Assembly: GCA_031284925.1 (NCBI GenBank)
Contig: JAITXE010000048.1
Coordinates: forward strand, 1,394 to 65,393
DNA length: 64,000 nt
Direction of reading: 5' to 3'
Source of the DNA: Methanobrevibacter sp.
Lineage (GTDB): Archaea; Methanobacteriota; Methanobacteria; Methanobacteriales; Methanobacteriaceae
This document shows positions 41,883 through 51,974 of this stretch, one piece after another (position 1 is the stretch's first letter; every line of letters starts with the position of its first letter). A model generated the notes under the pieces. The model did not search any database. It was given only the letters and a program-made list of their open reading frames with translations, and had not been told where the DNA came from. Both the position numbers and the translations under genes were made by a program.

Positions 41883-42063
41883 GCATACACCATGTTTTTT
41901 CTTTAAATTGTTTTGTGGTTAATGTTTATTTATAGTTTTAATATTTATTTTTATTCGGTTTCTAAAAATTAATGTTATTAAGCAATGAATTTCTATTAAT
42001 CTTTTAATAAAATTAATATTAATTTTAATAAAAATAATGAATCTTAGTAAATGATTAATGAAT

Positions 42064-42897
42064 TTAATTATCTTCAAGTAATTTAATAATTGTTAATGCA
42101 AAAATAGCTGCTCCGAAACCATTATCAATATTTTCAACTGCAAGACCAGGCACACATGATTGAAGCATTCCATAAATAGCCGCTTTTCCATCTGCACCTA
42201 TTCCATAACCAACAGAAGTTGGAACTCCTAGCACTGGAACATTTACTAATCCTGCTACAACAGAACTTAATGCCCCTTCCATTCCAGCACAAACAACAAT
42301 GACTTTGACATCTTCTTTAATCATTTTCTTTATTTCGGGGAAAAGTCTATGGATTCCAGCTATTCCAATATCATATGCTTTAACAACTTCACAGCCTCCT
42401 TCCTCTGAAATGATTCTAACTTCTTCAGCAATTGGAATATCTGATGTTCCAGCTGTTATTAATCCTATTTTATATTTTGTTTCATTTTTCCCTATTTTTT
42501 TGCTTCCTATTTTATCTCTTTCTCTCTTTCTTTTAATGATTAAAATTTTTCCTTTTTCATTGTATTGAAAATTAAAGTCTTTTTTTATATTCCATTTTGT
42601 GTTGGATGTATCTTCTTTTATTTTTTTATATGAATTAAGATCTAATTTTGTAACTATTAGTTTATCTTTGTTTTCTTTGTCGTTAAGATAACTTTGGATT
42701 ATTAGTAATAAATCAGAATAAACTTTACCTTTTGCTAAAACTGCTTCTGGGAATCCTGAACGATATTTTCGAGAAATATCAAAATTAGCTATCTCTTGTA
42801 TTTGCTTAATATTGTTAACTTTTAAGAGTTTTTCAGCTTCTTTAATTGTGATTTTTTTCTCTAAAAGTTTTTCTAAAATTTCTCTCAATTTTATCAC
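42064..42897 (-). CDS. larB: LarB-like nickel-pincer cofactor biosynthesis protein (PurE/AIR-carboxylase-like)
   Basis: 277 aa. Contains GLITAGTSDIPIAEE, VCAGMEGALSSVVAGLVNVPVLGVPTSVGYG and GMLQSC. Confidence 0.75.
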   Translation of the reverse strand: MIKLREILEKLLEKKITIKEAEKLLKVNNIKQIQEIANFDISRKYRSGFPEAVLAKGKVYSDLLLIIQSYLNDKENKDKLIVTKLDLNSYKKIKEDTSNTKWNIKKDFNFQYNEKGKILIIKRKRERDKIGSKKIGKNETKYKIGLITAGTSDIPIAEEVRIISEEGGCEVVKAYDIGIAGIHRLFPEIKKMIKEDVKVIVVCAGMEGALSSVVAGLVNVPVLGVPTSVGYGIGADGKAAIYGMLQSCVPGLAVENIDNGFGAAIFALTIIKLLEDN

Positions 42898-43189
42898 ATT
42901 TTCAAGTTTATTAACAAAATATTTATATTATGAAAATATTATTATACTTTATAGATTAAATATTTATGTGATTGATTTAAGTTTTATTATTATACTTTGA
43001 TTCTATAATAATTAATTTATAATATACTAAAATATTCGTGGTTATATATTTATTTGTTAAAATTAAAGTATTTTTAAAACTCTAATTAAAATACTTATAA
43101 ATAAAACTTAAATAAGATATTATTGAAAAATTGATTAAAATATTTATTAAAATTTAATTAAGGCATTTAAAAAGTGGAGATGTGAATAA

Positions 43190-44314
43190 GTGAGATTGAA
43201 TAATCTACCTACTGAACAAGTACGTCATAGTTCTAATGTTTCTATTGCTAATGTGCAAGTGAAAAAAGAAGCAAAAGCTATTGTTATTGAAGAAGCTGGA
43301 TTTCCTTTTAAATTACCTATTATGGATATTTCAAACTTAGAAGTAAAAAATAATGAACTTTTTGAGGAATATGCTAAGGAACAATGGTTAGGTTCTATTG
43401 CTAAAGAAGGAAATTATCTTTTTGATCAAAGAATACTTCCAGATTATGCTTTTAAGATTATAACAGCATACCCTAATAATTCAATGATTGGTGAGAATAC
43501 TTCAATTCTTCTTCTATCTAAGGATGAAAAAGATGAGAATATAAAAGCAGATAACTCTAAACTAAATTTAAATGATGTCATTGGTCAAGAAAAAGCTAAA
43601 ACAAAGTGTAAAATTATCATGAAATATCTTGAAACCCCTGAAAAATTTGCAGACTGGGCTCCACGTAACATATTATTTTATGGAATTTCAGGCACAGGTA
43701 AAACAATGTTAGCTAAAGCATTATCTAATGAGCTTGATGTTCCATTATACTTAGTAAAAGCAACAAATCTAATCGGCGATCATGTTGGAAATGGTTCATC
43801 TTCAATACATGAATTGTTTGAAAAAGCAGGGAAAAAATCACCATCTGTTATATTCATTGATGAAATTGATGCTATTGGACTTCATAGAAAATACCAATCA
43901 ATAAGAGGGGATGTTTCAGAAATTGTAAATGCTCTTTTAACTGAAATGGATGGAATATCTAAGAATGAAGGAATTATAACAATTGCAGCAACTAATAATC
44001 CAGAACAATTAGATCATGGAATTAGAAGTAGGTTTGAAGATGAGTTTGAATTCACCCTCCCAAATGAAAAGGACAGAATAACTATTTTTAATAAGTATAT
44101 GGATAGTTTACCATTATCTATTGAACCATCAGCTAAAAAATTAGCCAATATGACTAAAGGATTTTCAGGAAGAGACATTAAAGAAAAAATACTTAAATCC
44201 TCACTTCATAAAGCAATCTCAGATGAGGTAGAAACAATTACTATGGCACATGTTAAATATGCATTAGATAATTATTATAAAGAAAATAACTCTCCAAAGA
44301 ACATGTTTGCATGA
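43190..44314 (+). CDS. AAA-family ATPase (single AAA module, classical clade)
   Basis: GTG start. Walker A GISGTGKTMLAKA, Walker B VIFIDEIDAIG, second region of homology ATNNPEQLDHGIRSRF. Confidence 0.85.
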   Translation: MRLNNLPTEQVRHSSNVSIANVQVKKEAKAIVIEEAGFPFKLPIMDISNLEVKNNELFEEYAKEQWLGSIAKEGNYLFDQRILPDYAFKIITAYPNNSMIGENTSILLLSKDEKDENIKADNSKLNLNDVIGQEKAKTKCKIIMKYLETPEKFADWAPRNILFYGISGTGKTMLAKALSNELDVPLYLVKATNLIGDHVGNGSSSIHELFEKAGKKSPSVIFIDEIDAIGLHRKYQSIRGDVSEIVNALLTEMDGISKNEGIITIAATNNPEQLDHGIRSRFEDEFEFTLPNEKDRITIFNKYMDSLPLSIEPSAKKLANMTKGFSGRDIKEKILKSSLHKAISDEVETITMAHVKYALDNYYKENNSPKNMFA

Positions 44315-44338
44315 TTTTAAGGTAATTAAGATAAGTGT

Positions 44339-45601
44339 TCATGGAATTGTGAGGCAATTAGAATTTTGATCTGTGTATTTATTGCAAAAGCTCTTAAAAT
44401 CACAGGCATCACAAGTTCTTTTATCACCATCTGCTTTCCATGAATTTTTTATTGAATTACTTTTATTTTCTTTTAATGTTGATTTTTCAATTTTATTTAC
44501 AACAATATCAAATTCAGTTAATGCTTTTTTGATTTCATCATCATCTATCTTAATTATTCTAATAGATCTATCTAATTTAAATGAATTGGAAAGTTTAGGA
44601 AAATTTTCTTCACTCTCATCCCAATCTTCAATTAATTGTTTATCAAATTTACTTATTTTAAGATCTGTTTTATTGGTTTCAATGTCCTCTTTTATAACAA
44701 GTAAGTCCTTAGTTGAAGGTAGAAGTTCATTTAAATAAAATATTATTCCAGCCATTATTGGTTTTGAATTAGCTTGTCTACTTCTAAGCCAACTATAAGT
44801 TAATATCTGCCATTTGTGATAGTTCCAATCAGATTTATCACTTATTTTTGACTGTTGATTAGTTGTTCTAGAATCATATTTTGGTCTTTTCATTCCTTTA
44901 TAATCAATTATAATTTCATATTCTTCTGATTTTCGTTGTGATTTATAAAAACCCTCTTTTTTTAGGTAATCTATAATTAAATTATTAGTTGAGATTTCAG
45001 AACTTATATTTAAAGAACTTATTACATCTATTATTCCATTAACACAATAAAAATCTGAACGTTTTTCTATATTATTATCTGATTGTTCCTCATTATTACT
45101 GTCTGATGGTATTTCTCTTAATCTTTTAATTAAGACTTCGGAGGAATCTATTAAAGGAAATATATGTTTTCCCCATATATTGATTGATTTTTCAACACGT
45201 GAACTTATGATTCTCTTTAGAGGAATTTTTTTAGAATTCTCAATATCTATGTAATGAGTGAAATATTTTGGATTTGGTGGATATAAACCTCTTATTTGCA
45301 TTTGTTGATCTATTTTTTCTTCAATAGGTCTAATATCACCCATCCAGTCCCAAGGGAAGTGGGTTTCTTTAATTTTCCACTGTTTATATGCTTCATCCAT
45401 AACCCCATGGATAAATTCCCCAAACCAATGTTGCAAAGGTCTTGAAGGAGGTAATAATCCTTTATTTTGATATCTATACTGTAAATTACAAGTTAAAAAT
45501 GATAATAAGTCTCCAGTTAGACTATATTCTGGAATATTATACTCCTTAGATTTTGATGATAATTTCATTTTAAATCCTAACAAATTTTTAAGATTAAACA
45601 T
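44339..45601 (-). CDS. Cas4/AddB-like PD-(D/E)XK nuclease with a 4-Cys (Fe-S) signature, stand-alone
   Basis: N-terminal Cys in LSFLTCNLQYRY. Motifs FGEFIHGVMDEAY, GIIDVIS, EIIIDYKGMK and WQILTYSWL. The C-terminal CDACDFKSFC is C-x2-C-x5-C. Confidence 0.7.
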   Translation of the reverse strand: MFNLKNLLGFKMKLSSKSKEYNIPEYSLTGDLLSFLTCNLQYRYQNKGLLPPSRPLQHWFGEFIHGVMDEAYKQWKIKETHFPWDWMGDIRPIEEKIDQQMQIRGLYPPNPKYFTHYIDIENSKKIPLKRIISSRVEKSINIWGKHIFPLIDSSEVLIKRLREIPSDSNNEEQSDNNIEKRSDFYCVNGIIDVISSLNISSEISTNNLIIDYLKKEGFYKSQRKSEEYEIIIDYKGMKRPKYDSRTTNQQSKISDKSDWNYHKWQILTYSWLRSRQANSKPIMAGIIFYLNELLPSTKDLLVIKEDIETNKTDLKISKFDKQLIEDWDESEENFPKLSNSFKLDRSIRIIKIDDDEIKKALTEFDIVVNKIEKSTLKENKSNSIKNSWKADGDKRTCDACDFKSFCNKYTDQNSNCLTIP

Positions 45602-45727
45602 TTTTAAACTTATTAATTTCTAAATTATATCATGATAACTCATTTATAAACTAAATACTTAACATATAATTTAAATTCAATCAGCTACATGAAAAATTAT
45701 ATAAGTTTTACACAAACATATATGCAA

Positions 45728-46681
45728 TTATATTGGTTCAACACTAATTAACTTACAATGACAATAACATTCTGCAGTTGTATATCCTGGAGGCCAACAA
45801 GTTCCCATTATTAATCCATTACTTTTTTTGTCAAATTGAATCTTGTTAGTTTCATAATCATATTTTATATCATCAGTTGCAACCTTTTCCACTTCATATG
45901 TATATTTCTTTTGAGTTAAAAAATCATTAATATAAACCTTATCTCCTTTTACAAGTCTATCTAATTTCTTAAATGGTGCTGAATAAGTAACATGATGTCC
46001 TAACAATCCAACTGTCCCTTTTTCTCCAGGATAAGAACTTATATTATAATGATATACACCGTTTATTGCATTAACTGTATCATATCTTATATCCCATTTA
46101 CAATCTAATTTTGGTATTGTGAGAGTTGCAAATATAAATTTTTCCTTAAGTGATGTAAATTGGATATTTAAGCTGTCTCTGATTAAATCTATAGTATTAG
46201 ATTTTTTTCCAGTTAAAATGATACTATAAACTGCATTGTTTTTATAAACCCATAGCTCCCTTATTAGCATAGAACTATCATTTTTTAGTTTATAAGTATT
46301 GTCATAAACATCAGTATTCTTTACTGTGTATTTTTTATTATCTATTAAATCTATCTTACTTTCACTTCCGTTCCATTCTTCAATGATAAAATTTTTGGGA
46401 TCATGACCTGGTGGATTATACTGTCTATTTATAGTAATAAATTCATTTTCATATGGATTAATTAGTTTACTAATATAATTATTTACAGTAAAATTATTTG
46501 TAGTGGAGTTTTCTAATTTAAATACATTAGGATATTTGAATGATATTTCTTCTTTGGAAAAATTATTTAAATCTTGTTTGTTAAAAGCAGTATATTCTTG
46601 ATCTAAACATGATAATGACCCAAGATATATTGAAATTACTCCAAGTAGTACAATTATTGCTATCATATATTTTATTTGCAT
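45728..46681 (-). CDS. Membrane-anchored sortase-family transpeptidase-like protein
   Basis: N-terminal TM segment. The C-terminal domain has LLGHHVTYSAPFKKLDRLVKGDKVYINDFLTQKKYTYEV...LIMGTCWP, matching the sortase His and TLxTC-type Cys motifs. I could not find a clear conserved Arg. Confidence 0.55.
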   Translation of the reverse strand: MQIKYMIAIIVLLGVISIYLGSLSCLDQEYTAFNKQDLNNFSKEEISFKYPNVFKLENSTTNNFTVNNYISKLINPYENEFITINRQYNPPGHDPKNFIIEEWNGSESKIDLIDNKKYTVKNTDVYDNTYKLKNDSSMLIRELWVYKNNAVYSIILTGKKSNTIDLIRDSLNIQFTSLKEKFIFATLTIPKLDCKWDIRYDTVNAINGVYHYNISSYPGEKGTVGLLGHHVTYSAPFKKLDRLVKGDKVYINDFLTQKKYTYEVEKVATDDIKYDYETNKIQFDKKSNGLIMGTCWPPGYTTAECYCHCKLISVEPI

Positions 46682-46898
46682 TTTAAATCATTACTCTTAT
46701 CATTAATATTTTAATTTAAATCTTGTTTAATTTATTCATTGCTTATTTAATTTAGCATATCTTATTAATTTAATTGGTTTATTAAACCATTTATAAGTAT
46801 ACATTCAGTTTTAAAATAATAATAAATGTTAGCTTATACATATATAAATATGTTTCGCTAAAATTTAGCTTTTCAAAAATGAAGAGCAATATATCTTA

Positions 46899-47513
46899 TC
46901 AAAAAATATTGAAAATAATCCATGATGCATACTTTCTTAAATGATTAATTAATTTAAATCCAGATTTACTAGTTAAAAATCGTGAAAATGCAATGAATAG
47001 TTTTAATAGATTTATTTGAAAAACAAGTTCCGTGTTAAAATCAAAAATTTCCTTAGTAAAATCTGCTTTAACATTTAAATTACATTTATTGTAGAAATTA
47101 AGAATTGTAAAAATATTATTGACATTAGCAAAACTAATTGCAGTATTAACAGGACTATAAAAACCAAAAACAATATTTCCATTTAACTTTTCTAATTTAA
47201 TAGATTTAATGAAAATTGTAAGTAATTTAGCTATTTTAAAAAGATTGTTTTTAATTAAAGGTAAAGTTTCTCTTAAAAGGGTTAACTTATTAGAAGATTT
47301 ATTTAAATCCTTTTTATCTTTTAGTTGGGATTCTTTATTTTTTGAAATTCTTCTAGAATAAATCTTTAAAAATAAGAATTTAATCTCAACATATAACTCA
47401 AAATTTTCTTTTTCTTTTTCTGATTTAATATATATTTTAATTCCAACAGCTAAAACAATAACAAATAAAAAGAATATAATCACTATAAAAATAATATTTA
47501 AAATACTGAACAT
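46899..47513 (-). CDS. DUF2953 (YtfI-like) membrane protein
   Basis: ATG 47513 (MFSILNIIFIV...) is preferred over TTG 47522. It has an N-terminal TM segment followed by a Lys-rich body. It sits directly downstream (minus strand) of a GerW/YtfJ-like gene, as in the Firmicutes ytfIJ pairing. The family call is from memory. Confidence 0.5.
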   Translation of the reverse strand: MFSILNIIFIVIIFFLFVIVLAVGIKIYIKSEKEKENFELYVEIKFLFLKIYSRRISKNKESQLKDKKDLNKSSNKLTLLRETLPLIKNNLFKIAKLLTIFIKSIKLEKLNGNIVFGFYSPVNTAISFANVNNIFTILNFYNKCNLNVKADFTKEIFDFNTELVFQINLLKLFIAFSRFLTSKSGFKLINHLRKYASWIIFNIF

Positions 47514-47645
47514 GCAATCCAATCCTTTTAAAGTTTAAAACATGCTGTTTGTATTAATAAAAAACTTGTTTTATAAAATTAATTGAAATAATATATAAAT
47601 AAAATTAAATAATTTCACAAAAGACTAAATATCAAATTAAGTAGA

Positions 47646-48038
47646 TTATTCATTAGTTTCATTTATATTTGAATTTGAAGTATCATATTTAAAATTAGTT
47701 AAAATTTCTTTTATTAAATCTGTAAGAACAAGCCCTAAATCTGTAATAATTTTGCTACTATTATCAATCTCTGATAAACTAAGAACTTGAACTAGATCAG
47801 AATCTTCTGGTTTTTTATTGATAACTACTATGGATATTGGTTCTATTCCTACACCAGCACCAAAAGCTTCCCCATTATTACTTTCATCATTTCCATCTAC
47901 TCCAGCAAAACCAAATCCTACTTTCATAAAAGGAATTAATAATTTATCCTCTGTTTCAATAGGTTTTCCAATGAAATTATCTGCTTTTATCAAGTCTTGT
48001 ATCTTTGAAATTGAATCATTAATTGCTTTTTCACTCAT
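47646..48038 (-). CDS. GerW/YtfJ-family protein
   Basis: 130 aa. NFIGKPIETEDKLLIPFMKVGFGFAGVDGN....GAGVGIEPISIVVINK matches the GerW/YtfJ glycine-rich beta core. Confidence 0.65.
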   Translation of the reverse strand: MSEKAINDSISKIQDLIKADNFIGKPIETEDKLLIPFMKVGFGFAGVDGNDESNNGEAFGAGVGIEPISIVVINKKPEDSDLVQVLSLSEIDNSSKIITDLGLVLTDLIKEILTNFKYDTSNSNINETNE

Positions 48039-48059
48039 ATAATTTGCCTCAGTTACTTA

Positions 48060-50183
48060 TTATTTTTCATCTAATACTGGTTGTGCAGATAAAGCACCAA
48101 TAACTATTGTGGATAAATTATGAATTAATGAAGAGTTTGAAGGAGTTATTACACCTAAACCACCTAATAATATAAGTGAAGAGTTAATAGTAATTATAGA
48201 TTTAAAGTTATTTTGGATTTTATCTAACATCTTTTGACTTAAAATTCTAATTGTGATTAGATTGCTTAAATCATCAGAAAGTAAGGTAATATCTGCAACT
48301 TCCCTTGCTATATCTGAAGAATCTCTCATAGCTACTGAAACATCTGCAACTGATAAAGCTGGTGAATCATTTATCCCATCACCAACCATGATAACCTTAG
48401 AACCTTCTTTTTTAATCTCTTCAATAATATTTGCTTTTTCTCCTGGAAGTACTTGAGATTTATATTGAGAAATACCTAACTCTTGTGAAACTGCAGATGC
48501 TACATTTTCACTATCTCCAGTTAACATAACTATATTTTCAATTCCTAAATCTTTTAATTTAGATATAACTTCTTTAGCTTCTTCCCTAACAGGATCTTCA
48601 ATGCATAAAATACCTTCTAACTTTCCATCCATAGCTAAAAATATGGTGGAATATTTATCAGAGTTTTCTTTAATAATCTTCTTATTTTCACTGCTTAAAG
48701 GAATTTTTTCATCTTCAAAAATAAAATGTGCACTTCCAATCATTGTTTTTTGAGATCTAAATAATGTTGAAATTCCATGAGCTACAATATACTCTAATTC
48801 AGCATGTTCTTCTTTGTGTTTAAGGTTGCAATTTTCAGCTTCATTTACAATAGCTGTAGCAACACTATGTGCATAATGTTCTTCTATACATGCAGATATT
48901 CTCAGTAAATCTTCTTGCCCATATTTTCCTAAGGATATAATCTTAGCTAACTTTGGAGTACTTTTAGTTAAGGTCCCTGTTTTATCAAAAATTATGGTAT
49001 CTGCTTCAGCATAGGCTTCAATGAATTTTCCGCCTTTAATCATGATCTTGTGTTTAGTTCCTTCATTCATTGCAGAAATCACTGAGATAGGGGTTGATAA
49101 TTTAATTGCACAGGAATAATCAACTAAAAGTGCAGAAAGGGCTCGCATTGGATTTCTTGTTAGTGTATATATTAATGCAGTTGCTATTAAACTTAAAGGC
49201 ACTACAGAATCTGCTAATTTCTCAGCTTTACCTTGTATATCTGCTTTTAAATCTTCTGACTGCTCAATTAATTTAATAATCTTATTTATTCTGGATTTTT
49301 CATCTATGCCTGTTACTGAAATTATAATAGAACCTTCTTCAACAACAGTTCCAGCATGAACAGCTGTTCCATTATATTTATGAACAGATAAAGGTTCTCC
49401 AGTCATAGATGCCTCATTAATCATTGCTTCACCATCAGAAATGATACCATCTACAGGTATCATGCCACCAGATCTTACCTTAACCAAATCTTCTTCTTTA
49501 ATATCTTTAAGCGGGATAGCCATTTCTTCACCAGAATTAGTAACAGACCATACAGTGTCTATATTAATCGCTAAACTACTTTTAAGAGTATTTTTAGTTT
49601 GTTTAAATGTGTATTCCTCTAGAACCTCAGATATTGAGAGTAAGAACATTATAGAAGAAGCAGAACCGTATGACTTCATATATATTGATCCTCCAATTGC
49701 AAGAGAATCTAAAACAGCTACATTAATTTCATGCTTATTAAGAGATTTTAATCCAGTAACCATATATGGAATTGCTTTATAAACTACAGTTACCTTTTTA
49801 AGTGGAATAGGAACAAACACATCAAATAAGATTCTTCCAATTACCATATTTGAAAGTTTTAAAAAAAACTCATTTTCCAGTTGTTTTAATGAATTTTTAT
49901 CATTAGTTTCATCAACTTCAAATATATCTTTTTCTTTAAGATTAGTTATGAATTTAAGAATTCTGTTTTTATTTTTATTAATTGTAATCTTATTTTCCCA
50001 ATTAAAAGATAAAAAGATACTTCCATTAATATGTGAAGTAAATACACGATCCACAAATTCATTCTCTAAGATTAATTGAGCAATACCATAACCTTCTTTC
50101 TCTGTGAATGCATATCTTCCAGACCTAATTCTAAGTCTATTTTCTTTGTTATATACTACTTCATACCACATAAAGCATCTCAA
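48060..50183 (-). CDS. P-type ATPase, P1B-like (heavy-metal type) with an atypical TM6 motif
   Basis: Contains TGEP, DKTGTLT and GDGINDSPAL. The position of the canonical CPC metal motif reads VDYSCAIKLSTP (Y-S-C). There is no classical CxxC HMA domain. The start could be 50183 or the Met at MWYEVVY. Confidence 0.85.
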   Translation of the reverse strand: MRCFMWYEVVYNKENRLRIRSGRYAFTEKEGYGIAQLILENEFVDRVFTSHINGSIFLSFNWENKITINKNKNRILKFITNLKEKDIFEVDETNDKNSLKQLENEFFLKLSNMVIGRILFDVFVPIPLKKVTVVYKAIPYMVTGLKSLNKHEINVAVLDSLAIGGSIYMKSYGSASSIMFLLSISEVLEEYTFKQTKNTLKSSLAINIDTVWSVTNSGEEMAIPLKDIKEEDLVKVRSGGMIPVDGIISDGEAMINEASMTGEPLSVHKYNGTAVHAGTVVEEGSIIISVTGIDEKSRINKIIKLIEQSEDLKADIQGKAEKLADSVVPLSLIATALIYTLTRNPMRALSALLVDYSCAIKLSTPISVISAMNEGTKHKIMIKGGKFIEAYAEADTIIFDKTGTLTKSTPKLAKIISLGKYGQEDLLRISACIEEHYAHSVATAIVNEAENCNLKHKEEHAELEYIVAHGISTLFRSQKTMIGSAHFIFEDEKIPLSSENKKIIKENSDKYSTIFLAMDGKLEGILCIEDPVREEAKEVISKLKDLGIENIVMLTGDSENVASAVSQELGISQYKSQVLPGEKANIIEEIKKEGSKVIMVGDGINDSPALSVADVSVAMRDSSDIAREVADITLLSDDLSNLITIRILSQKMLDKIQNNFKSIITINSSLILLGGLGVITPSNSSLIHNLSTIVIGALSAQPVLDEK

Positions 50184-50513
50184 TTAATTGATAATTCCTG
50201 TGAGTATTATTCCTTATTTAATCACTGGATTTATCTTTTTTTTCTTAAATTAAGTTTCTAAATCAAATTATTATTCAATTATAAATACATATTTTTTAAG
50301 ATGGTTAATTTATCTTTTAAACAATATTTATATAAAATTTAATAATAAATAATATTTTTTGTGTGTTAAAATCAGAAAAAATAAAGAATACATAAATTAC
50401 TTAAAATACAGGATATATTAATCCTAAGATAAATACATCCCTACAGGAAAATTCTAAGAAAAAAAAGATAAAATAGAAAAAATAAATATATAAATTAAAA
50501 TTTTTTGTTTTAA

Positions 50514-50765
50514 TTATTTATTTTGAATATCATTCTTTTTAGCTGATACACCATCATTTTTAATATCTTCCGCATCTTCTTTAATATTTAAAAGAGCTTC
50601 ATTTGCTTCATCTTGGAATTGTAATGCTTTTGCTGTTGTTTTAACTGCAAAATTCTTAGCTTTCTCACTACTTATAATCTTTTTTGCTGCTAATGCTGTA
50701 ATTGCTCCAGCTGCAAAAAGTAGCAAACCTTTATGTTCAAATGCTTTATTTAATACTTTTTTCAT
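50514..50765 (-). CDS. Small (83 aa) membrane-associated protein upstream of the P-type ATPase
   Basis: GGAGG lies 8 nt upstream of ATG 50765. Translation MKKVLNKAFEHKGLLLFAAGAITALAAKKIISS... is one hydrophobic segment followed by an amphipathic tail. Confidence 0.55.
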   Translation of the reverse strand: MKKVLNKAFEHKGLLLFAAGAITALAAKKIISSEKAKNFAVKTTAKALQFQDEANEALLNIKEDAEDIKNDGVSAKKNDIQNK

Positions 50766-51451
50766 AATAATTTCCTCCATATATTTATTAATAATCAACT
50801 ATTTATTTAATATTAACTAATAATATTTAAAATTATTTAATTTAATTATATATTAATTTAACAGTTTTTGTTATATATATAATTATTCATAATTTATAAT
50901 AATCTTAACATTGCTCTTTTAAAAAATTATTAATCTCATCAAATTTAAAATGATTTAATAAAAGTATTTAGTTAAATTAAGACCAATCTAAAATATATAA
51001 TCCTTTTTGAAGTTTAATCATAAGTTAAATTTTTAGTTTTAATATTTTTAAAAATATTACCATCATTTTATTTTTTTTAAATTTTGGTAAATATGGTACA
51101 GATTGAACAATTTAACATCATTCATGATAAAATATCTTTAAAATGATCAAATAGGCTAGAATTTGTTTTTTCAGCACATAAGCAAAAAAAATTGAAAAAG
51201 AGATTTAAAACTATTAAATGAATTATAAACAACAAAATTCCCAAGATAAAAAGATTAAACAGAAAATTTGGGATTAATATAAATTTTAAGCACGGTTCTT
51301 ATAATTAATACTTATTTAGGGATAAACTGATAGAAATATTCCAATTACAAGTATTTTATAAGTGAAAAATTTCCAGGAGGCAAAAACTTTGCACTGGCAG
51401 TTTTTTAGATACTCCTTTTTTAGTAAATATCTTAACAAATTTATAAATTAA

Positions 51452-51523
51452 TATATAATTTCTAAAAGGTATATTTCTAAAAAGTATAAATCTTAAAATA
51501 AATATATTTCTAAAAAGATATTT
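51452..51523 (+). repeat. Three direct copies of ATATTTCTAAAAAGNATA
   Basis: atataatttctaaaaggtata / tatatttctaaaaagtataaa / atatatttctaaaaagatattt, within 72 nt, just upstream of the decayed ABC exporter gene. Confidence 0.6.
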
Positions 51524-51554
51524 GTTGATTAAAATTATTAAATAATATAGAAAA

Positions 51555-51930
51555 ATGTTAAATTTTGTTAAAAAGTATTCAAAAGATTATATTCTTTTAA
51601 TTATTATCTCCTTGGCAACTTCAAATTATACAAATATTTTTACCTTGTATTTGCTTGATATAAATACACAAATTATAGATATTGGTATTTTAAATGGAAA
51701 TATTGAATATATTCGAAGTCAAGGATTTTGGATGATTTTTGTAGTAGGTTTACAGGTTTTAACCTTATTTTAACCAGCTATTTTAGTACAAAAACTTCTT
51801 TATCAATTGGGCGTGATGTTCGAAGAGATTCATATTTATTGAAGAAGGCACTCATAATGATTTAATTAAGCTCGATGAGTATTATCAAAAATTACACTAC
51901 AGTCAATTTGAAGATCCAGATAGCATTTAA
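51555..51930 (+). pseudogene. ABC exporter (fused TMD-NBD, MsbA-like) relic with a large internal deletion
   Basis: The N-terminal TMD piece is MLNFVKKYSKDYILLIIISLATS... / ...TSLSIGRDVRRDSY. It is joined to the extreme C-terminus ...IEEGTHNDLIKLDEYYQKLHYSQFEDPDSI*. About 450 codons are missing. Confidence 0.6.
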
Positions 51931-51974
51931 AATGAAAATAATTGTTTTAAATATAATTTATGGAGTTTTAGTAA

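Noticed and set aside
43190-45601. The AAA ATPase and the Cas4-like nuclease as a two-gene ATPase-nuclease defence pair.
   Set aside because: The genes are convergent (stops 24 nt apart), so they are not co-transcribed. The ATPase looks like a conserved classical AAA protein rather than a defence-type ATPase.
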